Origin: Paraspadella gotoi
Taxonomy: Eukaryota; Animalia; Chaetognatha
Assembly: GCA_051294375.1 (NCBI GenBank)
Contig: CM119268.1
Span: 981,218 to 1,045,217 of the forward strand
Reading direction: 5' to 3'
Length of the DNA: 64,000 nt
Shown: piece by piece, positions 11,889 to 25,965 of the stretch
How positions within the stretch are numbered: the stretch's first letter is position 1
Layout of the letters: each line of letters begins with the position of its first letter
Translations under genes and position numbers: made by a program
The notes under the pieces: model-generated
Told to the model about the DNA's origin: nothing
The model's input: only the letters and a program-made list of their open reading frames with translations
The model's database searches: none

Positions 11889-14800
11889 TAAACTCTCAGT
11901 AATTTGCGTTTCCTTTTTACGCTTTACTTTAATGCTTGGAGCTGGAATTGCTTAGGTTAATTGAGGGGTGAAGCTAGGAAAAGCCCATTACAAGCTTTTT
12001 ATGTAAACTTTTTTACTTGCATCCACTTTTTCATTAATTTTAATTACTCGCATTTCCTATCTCATTTTAATTTCACTCAACTTTTGCATCATTCATGCTC
12101 AAATTTTTTTTTTTGCTCACTTTTCTATTTTCAACCTCACTTTTTCTCATTCACCAAGATTTTTTCACATCAATCCTTTTTCGCATCCCATACTTCACCG
12201 TTCTCTCCTTTGCATGCTTCCTCTTACCATAATTTACCCACCGAGAAAATCTCATTCCAAATATTTCACCCTTACCACGATTTAATCTTTTCCTTACCAT
12301 TTCTCAACATCTTTCCCTATTTGGGTTCGCTTTTGCTTACCCTCCCATTGCCTTACCCTCCCTTTGCCTTACTTTCCCTTTGCCTTACTCTCCCTTTGCC
12401 TTACCCTCCCTTTGCCTTACCATATATATCAGCCTTTTTTCTCCTTTCTCCCGTCAGGATCGGTTTTCCCGATATCGGAATATCAGTCTTCGTTCCTTTC
12501 CTTCAGTTTCGTAGCAAAATCGTTATTTATGATCCGATGTGTTTTATTTTTAATATTAAACTCGACAACCCTCGTCTTAACAACACAACACAGTGCACAG
12601 CAAAAACCCTTAAAGTTAAAATTGGAACTGTTTTCACTCCGAGTTAATTTTCTTTCAAATGAAATGATTTCGTTGTCTTCGCTGAACGGTTAACGAATCA
12701 TCTCTCATCTGTCATTCTCTTGACTCTACCCAGAATTGCCAGAGCGATTCCAACCTTTTCCCTTTTTGCCCCAGAGAAAAACTTTTGCATCACTTATACA
12801 TCACTTTTAGAGTTTCCCTTCATAAATCTGATCCGGACCTACCTTTTTTTTTCACTATTAGCGTCTCTCTCTCTTTCTCTCTTTCTCTCTTTCTCTCTTT
12901 GCTTTTTTAAGAGACCTCGAACCAAAGCCTCTTCTGACTCATTCATTCACGCTTTCCTCTCTTATTTCGTGATAAATGTCGAAGATATTGACTCATTTTT
13001 CTTCGGCTTTTTCTCAAATCTGCGTCTCGGGGATCGTATTTACATCCGGGTCTCGGCGATAGTATTTACATCCGCCTTTCTGCAATCGTAAATATCAATT
13101 CAATTTCTTGTATATTTCTCCGACGAAGCGCCCGACTATTTTTTCAGTCTAGCTCTTTGATTTTAATTTATTTTAATTAAAGCTTTTTAATTTTTAACGA
13201 TACCAAATTTAGAAATTGTTTGCCAGATTTTTTTTCATAATTTTTTTTTCCTATTGTAAAGTTTTTAATAGCTATTGGACCACGACTTTCCAATTAAAGG
13301 AATTATAAGGGGAGAAAAAGTTTTTTCTATCCCTTCTTTATTTTCATATTTTTTCATTCCTCCTTTCTTCTCTCCATCTTTTTTTCCAGTCTCCGAAATC
13401 AAAACATCTTTCCCCCTCCACTCCTACTTTCTTCCCTCCATCCTTTTTTCCAGTCTCCGAAATCAAAACATCTTTCTCTCCATAACCGCGACCCGCAAAT
13501 CTTCCGTTCATCTTCTGTCGATCGAAGGCGACGAGCAGCGGATTCAATCAACTCGCGTCGCTTGACTTCCTCGTTTTAGCGCCTCTCCGCCCCCCCTCTC
13601 TTGACTTCTTCGTTTTAGCGCCTCTCCGCCCCCCCCCTCTTTCTCTCCTTGAGCCCGAGGCGCCGTAATGGTTTTTCCGCGCGAGACGATGATCCGTGCG
13701 CCTCAGGGGGGGGAAGAGGGGGCGCTTGTCTTTCAAGGAAATCCGCTAGTTGTCGCCGCGGGCGTTTTGAGAGCGGCGCTGGTGGCAAATGAGGTTTGGG
13801 TAGCCATGTAGCGGAAAGGTTGATTGTGGCGTTGTAGAAGATCTAAATATATGGCCGAGTGGGCATCATGGTTAAGTGAAAACGGGTTTTTAGGTGGTTT
13901 TAGGTGGTTCTCGTTAACTTACGTCGATTGGTAAACCGCGCAATGGTAGATTCTCTGTCTTTTGCGGCCGATTGTGACGTGAAAAAAAAAGGTTTCCCCG
14001 ACTTAGCAACATACGGCTGGGTGATTAGTTCTCTCTCCTCGGTGTGACTCCGCGGTGATGCTTTGCTCGAACGTCAATTCACGCGTCTATGGATGACGTC
14101 GGTGAAAACGTCACTCTCGGCCCTCTACCGGCGACTCCCGCCTCCAATGGTCTTTCTTGCGTTGCCTCATAAACCATCGCAAGGGACGCCGGCGGTCGTT
14201 TCGTAATCACGAAGGTGAAGTGAAAGTTGTAGATCAGAATTCGAATAGTTGTTCATTAAAATTAAATTTTAAGTTAACTATAACAGTATTTTAAGATTTT
14301 GACTCACTTAAAAAAATAATTTTCGTGAGGAATTCGAGGTGAGTACTATGTATAAATATGGGCGTATGCGAAAATTTAAAAAAATTAAAAAAATATTTTT
14401 TCTTATGATCTACTATTCGAATTTTGATTAAACTTGATTTTAATATTTTTGCTCCGCTTTAGTAATCACCCTTTCTTCTTCATCGCTCTTGACTCGTTGG
14501 TAGTGAATGTTATACTGGCGTCCTTAGCTTTTGTGTATCTAAGTTGCCGCGCTGCACGATAATTGTATAATCTCCTTTTAAATACAATAGAAACAGTTAA
14601 ATTTTAACTTAAAAGAAAAATGTCATGCACTTCATTGGCTGGAAATTCATTTAAAAAAATTTGACTTTGTGAGTCTTGATAGAAATCTTGCATGTCCTGC
14701 CATGCCATTATCCCGTAAAAGGGATGGAGGCCTTGATCCATCATAGTCATGCCATGCCATTATCATGTTAATGGGATGGAGGCCTTGATCCATCATAGTC

Positions 14801-15365
14801 ATGCCATGCCATTATCATGTAATCGAGTCAAATACCATCTCGAATGTATTGTCGTTGTCGTAATTATCGTCGTCATTTCCATCTGCTTCGTATTTCGCCG
14901 TAACGATTTCTCGGTCTGTCTCTCATCCGGGTCTTATTTGGGTCAATTGCTCGAGAGGGCGTAGGAGGCGAGAAGCGGGCAAAGTTCGCGCCAATTCTTG
15001 ACGAGGGGGCGTCTTTGAGTGCGCCTTGCGTGCGCGGCGCGTGGACGACGTCCACCAGGTGGCGGGAGCTCCGGAGCTCGCTTACAACTTTGACGATCTT
15101 CTCTTTCGCGACGTCGATCTTTACGATTTACCGGCGTCGCCTTGGCAACCGTGGACGACAACAACAACAACCTGATTCGTCGGTTCTTCGTGGGCGACGA
15201 GAAGAGGAGGCAGGCTTTGCTGTCGTTGTACGTAGCTGTTGTAGCTGTTGCTGCTGTTGTAACCATTGTTTTTCATGTTGTAAGAGTTGATTTTATTCAT
15301 TTTGCTTCATTTTGTTGCAGCAACTTTCTGCTCCAATATTTGACTCCCCTCTCTCTACTCCTAAA

Positions 15366-15552
15366 TATCTCCACTCTCTCCAGTCTCCACTCTCTCCAGT
15401 TCTTCCACTCTCTCCAGTCTCCACTCTCTCCTTCTCCACTTTCTTCATTCTCTCGGTCTCCACTCTCTCCAGTCTCCACTCTCTCCAGTCTCCACTCGTC
15501 TCAGTTCCACTCTCTCCAGTCTCCACTCTTTTTCGTCTCCACTGTCTCCACT
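15366..15552. repeat. 16-bp tandem repeat (TCTCTCCAGTCTCCAC)
   Basis: directly visible units. Confidence 0.8.
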
Positions 15553-15655
15553 TTCTTTCATCGTCCCATCTTTGGCGAAGACGCGAGGCGACGAGTATAA
15601 AAAAAGAGAAGGAAACTTCTTTTTAACGATCGAAAGCGCAAAGAGGAACAAACTC

Positions 15656-15700
<45 letters not shown>

Positions 15701-16803
15701 TCGCAGACGCGCTCCAATCTCGTTTGCATATATTCGCCGAGAGAGAGAGTGTTTTAATAGCGGAAGTCAACTCTCTCTCTCTCTCTCTCTCTCCTTCTCA
15801 AGTAAGTTTATGCTCTTTACGAGCTGACTGGCGAATTGATGCTGAGATTATTTTTGCCGTAATTGGTTGTTGTTGCCATATAAAGTGGTGATTTAGGAAA
15901 ATAATATTCTCGTTTAATTTATTTTGTAAGTATAAGTCTTATGTTTATACGTTAGAGAAGTTGAGATAATCTGTAAACGCGGTATTAATATACAATGCAT
16001 ACTGAAGGGTACTCTAAATATAGTCTGCGCTAGAGACTTAAAAAAAAAAATAAATTCCGGAACAAAGCCGCGGAAAATTGGTCGCCGCTGCCGCCGCTGC
16101 CGCGCTTACCCTATATGTTCCGATCCGCCGTCGCCGCCGTCTAACACTACATCCAGCGGAACTGCTATTTCCGCCAAAAGCTTCGCCCGTCCGTCAAAAC
16201 GGAGAAAATTGCTAGAGTTGCAAACAAAAGACATCTGGGGGGGAAAGGGGGGGGGGAAATAGGCAGGGTCGGTCGTCGCGAGGTTTGCGAGACAGACAGA
16301 CAGACAGAATGAAGAGAGAAAAAAAATAGGGTCGTTCACTTGTTAAAGAAAAGAGAATGGTACAAAGTTTGTACCGGAAGAGAGAGAATGAGAGAGAGAG
16401 AAAGAGAGAGAGAGAAAGAGAGAGATTAAGCGATACAGAAAAATTCATATACGGACAAACGTAATTTTAACTATAGATTTTTTTATTATTTTAAGCGAAT
16501 TTTTTTGAGATAAAATTGTGCTTTTAATCATATTAGCTCATCCGATTTTTTTTTAATACGTTTATTCTTATTTTCGATTTTTGTGTTAAAAGCGACAAAA
16601 GTCACAAAAGTTTCGGCCACTTATTTATTTTTTAAGATGGTAAATATTAACAATATTTCAGAATTCAGACACAGACTTTTAAGGTCAAACTTAAAAGGAC
16701 GAAAGGAAAAAATAAAGTATTTTGGGATTCGGATTTCGAAAAGAAAAATAAACGCGGAAACGAAAAGTGAGAGAGATTACGAGGAAATCGATGTAAACAA
16801 GCG

Positions 16804-16841
<38 letters not shown>

Positions 16842-16931
16842 CCGGGAAGAAGGAGAGGGAATGGGAATTGAGAAGGACAAATTATAGAGATAGAGATGAA
16901 TGGATATCAGGAGGAAAAGTGGGTAGGAAAA

Positions 16932-16964
<33 letters not shown>

Positions 16965-17052
16965 TGCTCCTCTGGATTTTGCGCGGATCAGAAAGCCTTC
17001 TCATAAATTCGCCTCTTTGTGGTCACAAAAACTAAAAAAGGATTTGGGGCGA

Positions 17053-17086
<34 letters not shown>

Positions 17087-18724
17087 TAGAAAGAAACGGC
17101 TAATAAAAAAGAGGGAGAGTAAGAGATTAAAAGAGAAACTAAGACTTAGAGAAAAATTGAAAAAGAGAGATTAAGGAAGAGAAAGAGAGAGAGAAAGAGA
17201 GAGAGAAGAGAGAGGGCTCGCACGTGCCGTCGAGTCGGGGGTAGTTAGTTGCCCCTTTTTATATCAGATTGCGTCCGGGAAAAAAAATGAGGAAAATGAA
17301 AGATGGCGGAACCGGGAAAAAAAATTTCGGAAATCTTATCTTTATATATGCGGGGTTGGGGGGGTGGGGGAGGAAGAGAGAGAGAGAGAGAGAGAGGAGG
17401 AGGATGGAAGAGAGAGGAGGGAGAGAGAAGAAAGATTAAGAGGGGGAGAGCAGAGGAAAAGGGGAAAGAAAGAAAGAAATAAAAAGGAACGGCTCATGAA
17501 TTTCGTTTAAATTAGGCTGTCATATACGCCGCCCGGGCTTGATTAAACTAATTACATATACTATATTGGATGAATGCTGTACATTTCAGATCAGTCGCAA
17601 ATAGTGAATAAACAAGTGATGAATGAGTAATCAACGAGTGATTAGATTACTTTTGAAAGCTCCAATCTTTTTTTTTTAGATCATCTATTTCTCGAGTCAG
17701 GTTGATCGCTCAGGGTCACGCTGGGGTCATCCTCAAGGTCACCCTCGAGGTCAGCATCCAGATCGACTCTTTGAGGTTTCCATTCGTGTCTTTTTTGGAA
17801 AGGGCGCGGCGCCCGGGGTGCGTGGGGGAGAGGGACGTTGCAGATGTTTGGAAGCCGTGGGTAAAACAGAGAGGAAGGGTGGGCCCAGTGAATGGACGCG
17901 AGGGTTGGGGGCAGCGGGGGGGCTTAATATCACTTCGACGTCGCAAAAAAAAAGAAATCCGAGCGGGAAAAACAGTATTTTAATCGATTTAAAAAAATCT
18001 TTTTTTTTAAAGTTTTCTCTTTTATTAAAATGTTTTTTGTTAGATATTTAAATAAAAATCGTTTTTCATTTATTATTATTCTTTTTTCGTAAGTCGCGTC
18101 ATTATCCGATTTTAATATGAGATGAAGAAAAATCGCCGACTTCCTGCAGCGCCGACATTCCTGCGTCGGCCCTCCGACGGCGCCAAAAAGCGGTTCGAGT
18201 TCGGGTCACGCCCGTCGACCCGCCCACTTGACCCCGGGGCTTTTGACCTCTCGTCGGTCTCTCTTCGGACCGATCGTCTCCCCACGACCGCTGACCTTGG
18301 ACCCAACCTCCCCCTTTTTTCTCTCTCTCTTCCTCTATTCGAGATTGTTAACACTCTCTCCTTTTTTCGAGTTTCTCCTAACCCTGCTCAATGAGTGGGG
18401 GATATCGCTTTAAGGTCCTGTATATTGTTTAATCGGTTGGCGTTTTTTCCTTTTTTTCTTAAAAAACTTTTTTCCGCGTTTCCTTTTCCTCAATGGGCCG
18501 TCGTTTGAACTTACCCCTAAAAGCCTAAACATAGTTCTCAGCTTTCTTACCCTGCTAACGACGTCAGCTCTCATTCTTTTAACCCTGCTAACGACGTCAG
18601 CTCTCATTCTTTTAACCCTGCTAATTGTTTTAATGTTGTACTCCTTGTTTTTTCCTCCTTTAAAATCGATTCCACTTGTTGCAGTTTTATTTCCTCACTC
18701 TTCACTTTCAGTTTATTAGTCCCT

Positions 18725-18860
18725 CTCACACACTTTACCCAGGCGTCACCCACACTTTACCCTCACCTCACCCACACTTTACACACGCCTCACCCACACT
18801 TTACCCAAGCCTCACCCACACTTTACCCACAGCTCACCCACACTTTACCCCTCACCCACT
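18725..18860. repeat. ~23-bp tandem repeat (CACCCACACTTTAC core)
   Basis: about 6 units; second copy at ~20990-21125. Confidence 0.8.
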
Positions 18861-19186
18861 GCTCACCCTCTCACATTTCCCAAGGGTCCAATTTTCAAAC
18901 TGCGTCTTCCCTCCCACTTTTTCTCGCTAAATCGTTTTCTTCCTCCCAAACGTGGGAGGAAAAAAAAAAACCCAGGCCGAAGATTCGGGCGCCCGCGCGT
19001 GGAAGGACAACAGTGGAAAACGACGACCAAAACAGCAACAACAAAAAACAGCAACAACAAAAAACAGCAACAACCAAAAATCAGCAACAACCAAAATACA
19101 GCAACAACCAAAAAACAGCAACAACAAAAAACAGCAACAACCAAAAAACAGGAACATCAACAGCGTCTGCATTATCGCGATTACGG

Positions 19187-19945
19187 GCGACGACGAAAAC
19201 GACGACGAAAACGACGACGAAAACGGGACGAGAAAACGACGACGAAAAACGACGAAAACGAACGAACGAACTAGACGAAAACGAGATCGAATACGACAGA
19301 AACGAACGACGAAACGACGACGAAAACGACGACGAAAACGACGACGGAAACGACGACGAAAACGACGACGAAAACGACGACGAAAAACGACGACGAAAAC
19401 GACGACGAAAACGACGACGAAAACGACGACGAAAACGACGACGAAAACGACGACGAAAACGACGACGAAAACGACGAACGAAAACGACGACGAAAACGAC
19501 GACGAAAACGACGACGAAAACGACGACGAAAACGACGACGAAAACGACGAGAAAACGACGACGAAAACGGAGCGACGAAACGACGACGAAAACGACGACG
19601 AAAACGACGACGAAAACGACGACGAAACGACGACGAAAACGACGACGAAAACGACGCGAAACGACGACGAAAACGACGACGAAAACGACGACGAAAACGA
19701 CGACGAAAACGACGACGAAAAACGACGACGAAAACGACGACGAAAAGCGACGGGAAAACGACGACGAAAACGACGACAACGACGACAACGACGGACGACA
19801 AAACGACGACGGAAACGACGACCGAAAACGACGACAACACGAACGACGAAAACGACGACGAAAACGACGACAAAACGACGACGAAAACGACGACGGAAAA
19901 CGACGATCATAAACGACGACATAAACGACGACATAAACGACGACA
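19187..19945. repeat. 12-bp minisatellite (GACGACGAAAAC)n, copy 1
   Basis: directly visible; changes to GACGACATAAAC at the 3' end. Confidence 0.93.
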
Positions 19946-21465
19946 TTGACTGCGATCAAAACCATAACCTGGAAGTAGAACTCTGACAAGTTTAGAGTCA
20001 ACTTGTCGGCAACATGTCGGCATATGACAATAACAATGACAAAAACGATGAGGACAATGGCAATGACAAGAATAGTAAAACCATAAAATAGGCCTCGCTA
20101 TAAAACTGAACAGGAAGCAATAAGACTTTACACTATATGCAAATGAGATTGGTGAATTTAATACCATTCGGTAATATTAAAAAGAATCTATCTCCTACAC
20201 GACATTCGTAAGCGACATAAACGACGTCACCGATTGATATCCCCACCTCTCTCTCTCTCTCCCTCCCCCCCCCCTCATTCGAAGACGGAAAAATCTTCGG
20301 CTAAAAATGGAAAGAGAATCGAAGAGAAACGTCGATAAGACGTCGCGCCCTTTGGACGTGACGTCGCCATTTTTTTTTGTTCTGCTTTGAGACTCCGCGT
20401 CGCCCAGAGAGGGCGTTTCCGCCCCGTTAGCTTCCGCCTTCGAAATTCCGGTTTTCGCGTCCTCGGTCACATCGCTCCTTACTTATTTCGGGATTTAATA
20501 ATAATCCGTTTATAATCCCTTTTTAAAATCCATTCTTAATCCGTNNNNNNNNNNNNNNNNNNNNNNNNNNNNNNNNNNNNNNNNNNNNNNNNNNNNNNNN
20601 NNNNNNNNNNNNNNNNNNNNNNNNNNNNNNNNNNNNNNNNNNNNGTGATATCTGGCTTTAAGGTCCTGTATATTGTTTAATTCGGTTGGCGTTTTTTCCT
20701 TTATTTTCTTTAAAAAAAACTTTTTTCCGCGTTTTCCTGTTTCCTCAATGGGCCGTTCGTTTGAACTTTACCCCTAAAAGCCTAAACATAGTCTCAGCTT
20801 TCTTACCCTGCAACGACGTCAGCTTCTCATTTCTTTTTGAACCCTCGCTAACGACGTCGCTCTCATTCTTTTAACCCTGCTAATTGTTGTTTAATGTTGT
20901 ACTCCTTAGTTTTTTACCTCTTTAAAATCGATTCCACTTGTTGCAGTTTTTAATTTCCCTCACTCTTCACTTTCAGTTTATTAGTCCCTCTCACACACTT
21001 TACCAGGCGTCACCCACACTTTACCCTCACCCTCACCCACACTTTACCCACGCCGTCACCCACACTTTTACCAAGGCACTCACCCACACTTTACCACAGC
21101 TCACCCACACTTTACCCTCACCACTGCTCATCCCTCTCACATTTCCCAAGGGTCCAATTTTCAAACTGCGGTCTTTCCCTCCCACGTTTATTCTCGCTAA
21201 ATCGTTTACTTCCTCCCAAACGTGGAGGAAAAAAAAAAAACCAGGCCGAAATTCGGGCGCCCGCGCGTGGAAGGACCCAACAGTGGAAACCGACCACGAC
21301 GCAAAACAGCAACAACCAAAAAACCAGCAAACAACAAAAAACTAGCAACAACCAAAAATCAGCAAAACCAAAATACGAGCAACAACCAAAAAAAGCAACA
21401 ACAAAACCAGCAACAAACCAAAAAACAGGAACATCAACGCGTCTGCATTATTCGCGTATTACGTG

Positions 21466-22790
21466 GCGACGACGACAACGACGACGAAAACGACGTACGA
21501 AAACGACGGACGGAAAACGACGACGAAAACGTGACGACGGAAAACGACGACGAAAACGCGACGAAACGAACGACGAAAACCGACGACGAAAACGACGACG
21601 AAAACGACGACGAAAACGACGATCGAAAATCGACGACGAAAACGACCGAAAAAACGACGACGAAAACGACGACGAAACACGACGAAACGACGCGAAAAAC
21701 GAGCGACGAAAACGACGACGAAAACGACGACGAAAACGACGACGAAAACGACGACGAAAACGACGACGAAAACGACGACGGGAAAACGACGACGAAAACG
21801 AGCGACGAAAAACGACGACGAAAACGACGACGAAAACGAACGACGAAAACGACGACGAAAAACGACGACGGGAAAACGACGACGAAAACGACGACGAAAA
21901 CGAGCGACGAAAACGAACGACGAAAACGGACGACGAAAGACGACGAAAACGACGACGAGAAACGACGACGAAAACGACGACGAAAATCGACGACGAAAAC
22001 GACGACGAACGACACAAAGACGACGAGCGAAACGACGACGAAAACGACGACGAAAACGACGACGAAAACGACGACGAAAACGGACGCGAAAACGACGACG
22101 GAAAACGACGACGGAAAACGACGACTGAAAAAACGACGACGAAAACGACGACGAAAAACGACGACGAAAACGACGACGGGAAAACGACGGACGAAACGAC
22201 GACGAAAAACGACGACGAAACGACGACGAAAACGACGACGAAAACGACGACGAAACGACGCGAAAACGGACGGACGAAAACGACGACTGAAACGCGACGA
22301 AAACGACGACGAAAACGACGAGCGAAAACGACGACGAAAACGACGAACGGAAAAGAACGATACGAAAACGACGACGAAAACGACGACGAAAACCGACGAC
22401 GAAACGACGACGAAAACGACGACGAAAACGACGACGAAAACGACGGACGAAAACGACGACGAAACGACGACGAAAACGACGACGAAAACGACGACGAAAA
22501 CGACGACGAAAACGACGACGAAAACGACGACGAAAACGACGACGAAAACGACGACATAAACGACGACATAAACGACGCATAAACGACGACATAAACGACG
22601 ACATAAACGGACGACAAAACGCACGACATTAAACGACGACATTAAACGACGACATAAACGACGACCATAACGACGACATAAACGACGACATAAACGACGA
22701 CATAAACGACGAACATAAACGACGACATAAACGACGACATAAACGACGACAAAACGGACCGACATAAACGACGACATAAACGACGGACAT
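21466..22790. repeat. 12-bp minisatellite (GACGACGAAAAC)n, copy 2 (longer and noisier)
   Basis: same unit, same 3' variant and same flanks as copy 1. Confidence 0.9.
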
Positions 22791-23516
22791 TGACTGCGCA
22801 TCAAAACCAAAACCTGGAAGTAGACTCTGACAAGTTTAGAGTCAACTTGTCGGCACAATGTCGGCATATGACAATAACAATGACAAAACGATTGAGGACT
22901 AATGGCAATGACAAAGAATAGTAAAACCCTTAAAATAGGGCTCGCTATAAGAACTGAACAGGAAGCAATAAGACTTTACACTATATAGCAAATGAGATTG
23001 TTGAATTTAATACCATTCGGTAATATTAAAAAGAATCTATCTCCTACACGACATTCGTAAGCGACAGTAAACGGACGGTCACCGATTGATATCCCCACCT
23101 CTTCTGCTCTTCTCCCTCCCCCCCCTCATTCGAAGACGGAAAAAGTTGTCGTGCTAAAAATGGAAAGAGTATCGCAAGAGAAACGTCGATAAGACGTCGC
23201 GCCCTTTGGACGTGACGTCGCCATTTTTTTTGGTTCTGCTTTTGAGACTCCGCGTCGTCCCAGAGAGGGCGTTTCGCCCCCGTTAGCTTTCCGCCTTCGA
23301 AAATTTCCGGTTTTCGCGTCCTCTCGGTCACATCGCTCCTTAACTTATTCGATTTAAAATAATCCGTTTATTAATCCCTTTTTAAAATCCATTCTTAATT
23401 CCGTTTAATCCAAATTTTGCTGTTGGAAATAAAATCCGTTCTCTTGCCCTTCCTTTTTCCGGCGATCATTAATTCTGTCTCTGGCTCCGCATTCGTCATT
23501 TTGGCGTCTCTCTCTT

Positions 23517-23575
<59 letters not shown>

Positions 23576-24297
23576 TCTGCGTTTTGGGCTCCCTCTCTAA
23601 CGCTTGTCCGACTGGCATCATCATTAATGCGAAAGTCTCTCTCTCTCTTCTCGTCCTCTTTTCCCTTTCTCCATTTTTTTACTTCCCCTCCCTCTCTATC
23701 TCTCTTTTTCACTTTCATTCTCTTTTAATATCACTCTTAAATCACGTGTCCCTTCTTCTCGTCTTTCAAATCTCACCCTTATGTTTCGTTTATACCTTTA
23801 TACAAAACCAAATTAACGAAACAAAATTAACAAAAAGAAAACAAAGAAAAGAATCGTCACACAACTCATTTCCCCTCCATCCACACCCACCGACCACAAC
23901 TCATTCTTACCCCCCACACCCCCCCCAAAAAACCCCTAAATCCCTCCCTTAAACCCCCGGGTTTCTGGTTCGACCCCCTCCCACCCACTAGTTTCCTTAA
24001 TTCCCGATAGAGGGCCCGAACCTAAAATCCCGATGACTTTTGTTTTCTGCCAGAAATTCTTGTCGCGTTTTCTTTCGCGGATTTTCTCCCGCCCGTTCTT
24101 GGAAGGACGGACGTCCATTTGAAGTCAGAATTTCTTTGTTTTTTTTTCGTATATAACATTTTGTTAACTTTAAATTTAAGGGTTTTTTTCTGTTCTTAAT
24201 TTATGATTAGATCTCCCCAATTTTTTGTTATTTCTTTCTGGCAAGAGAAGAAAACGAGAGAATTTATTGTAAAACTTTCCTTGACGTTTATTTTTTG

Positions 24298-24501
24298 AGA
24301 GAAACATCAAATCTAATGGACTGCTAGCGCCGCCTTTAGGAAATCCTAAAACTATAAAGAATAAAAGACGGAATTCCGATGCAGTGCGTGTCATTAATGC
24401 ACGGGCAAAGAAAGTTATTGTAGTCGTATAGTCGAGTCCCGTCACGATAAATTCAATGTGAAAATAAAGTCACTGCGTGCGCAACAAATTGGATGAACCG
24501 A
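24298..24501 (+). mobile_element. 5'-truncated copy of the same HINE-like family
   Basis: matches the 3' half of copy 4 (AAATCTAA.GGACTGCTAGCGCCGCC...AATTCCGATGCAGT...CACTGCG); runs into an N gap. Confidence 0.7.
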
Positions 24502-25965
24502 NNNNNNNNNNNNNNNNNNNNNNNNNNNNNNNNNNNNNNNNNNNNNNNNNNNNNNNNNNNNNNNNNNNNNNNNNNNNNNNNNNNNNNNNNNNNNNNNNNN
24601 NNNNNNNNNNNNNNNNNNNNNNNNNNNNNNNNNNNNNNNNNNNNNNNNNNNNNNNNNNNNNNNNNNNNNNNNNNNNNNNNNNNNNNNNNNNNNNNNNNNN
24701 NNNNNNNNNNNNNNNNNNNNNNNNNNNNNNNNNNNNNNNNNNNNNNNNNNNNNNNNNNNNNNNNNNNNNNNNNNNNNNNNNNNNNNNNNNNNNNNNNNNN
24801 NNNNNNNNNNNNNNNNNNNNNNNNNNNNNNNNNNNNNNCGATAATATTCTTTCCAAACTATTTATAAACTAAAGAAGATTAAATAGTTGATGTAAAAAAA
24901 GTAAGTCTTGTTGAGGGTCAGTTGGTGACAGGAAAGTCATGTCCGTACTTAAAAAAATCGAAAACCGTTTTAACTAATGCGATGACGACGGTTAAAAGAA
25001 GTTGTTGCAAAGAGACAGGGAGAGAGAGACAGACACAGAGAGAGAGAGAGAGACACACACACAGAGAGAGAGAGAGAGAAAGAAAAGAAAGTTTATATCG
25101 ATTGTTTTTCCTCTCGCGTCAAAAGTCGATAAATCCGATTCTATGTCGCAGCGCCCTCTCGTTTTCTTAGTTTTATTGCTATTTTTTTTTCTCCTTATTT
25201 CGATGATGGAGGCCTTTCATAATGTTTCGCAAAGACTATTTATCCGATATTTTTTTTTTAGTGGGGGAGACTGATTATCGAATTTTGAAGTTGCGGCGAT
25301 GTAATAAAAGCATTTACATATTGATTGAATTCTAACTTTTACGTCAACTTATTTACGAGAGCGCCAATTATTCGAATTGCACGATCCATCACGCTTGGGT
25401 CTAAAAAATATCTATCATAGAAACGGTTCTCCCTTGGCATTCTTTTGGCAAAAGACCGTCCCCTCTTTACAATTGGCACAAGAGAGAAAGTTAAATCGAA
25501 CAAGCGGCTTGTTGGTCTTACCAAGGTTGATTGATTGACTCACGAATTTTGATTTTTGAACCAAGAATAATATTGGGTTTTGGAGATAAAAAAAATAAAT
25601 ATAAATAAATAAATAATATTGGGTTTAGGAGATATAAAATTTTCTCTTAAAAATTGCGTTCGCCCTCAAAGTTCAAACCAGAAAAATAATTAAAAAAAAA
25701 NNNNNNNNNNNNNNNNNNNNNNNNNNNNNNNNNNNNNNNNNNNNNNNNNNNNNNNNNNNNNNNNNNNNNNNNNNNNNNNNNNNNNNNNNNNNNNNNNNNN
25801 NNNNNNNNNNNNNNNNNNNNNNNNNNNNNNNNNNNNNNNNNNNNNNNNNNNNNNNNNNNNNNNNNNNNNNNNNNNNNNNNNNNNNNNNNNNNNNNNNNNN
25901 NNNNNNNNNNNNNNNNNNNNNNNNNNNNNNNNNNNNNNNNNNNNNNNNNNNNNNNNNNNNNNNNN

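Larger units (their letters stand above)
18400..23404. other. Direct duplication (~18400-20544 and 20645-23404) across a 100-N gap; probable assembly artefact
   Basis: same order of unique and repeat blocks; second copy differs mainly by scattered 1-nt indels. Confidence 0.8.

Noticed and set aside
12990-13091. FFGFFSNLRLGDRIYIRVS resembles a TNF/C1q C-terminal strand
   Set aside because: It overlaps a local 25-bp duplication, the rest of the domain is absent, and no supporting exons were found.
18927-22867. RRRK/DDEN/TTTK ORFs of 300-477 aa
   Set aside because: Translations of (GACGACGAAAAC)n; no splice or start context.
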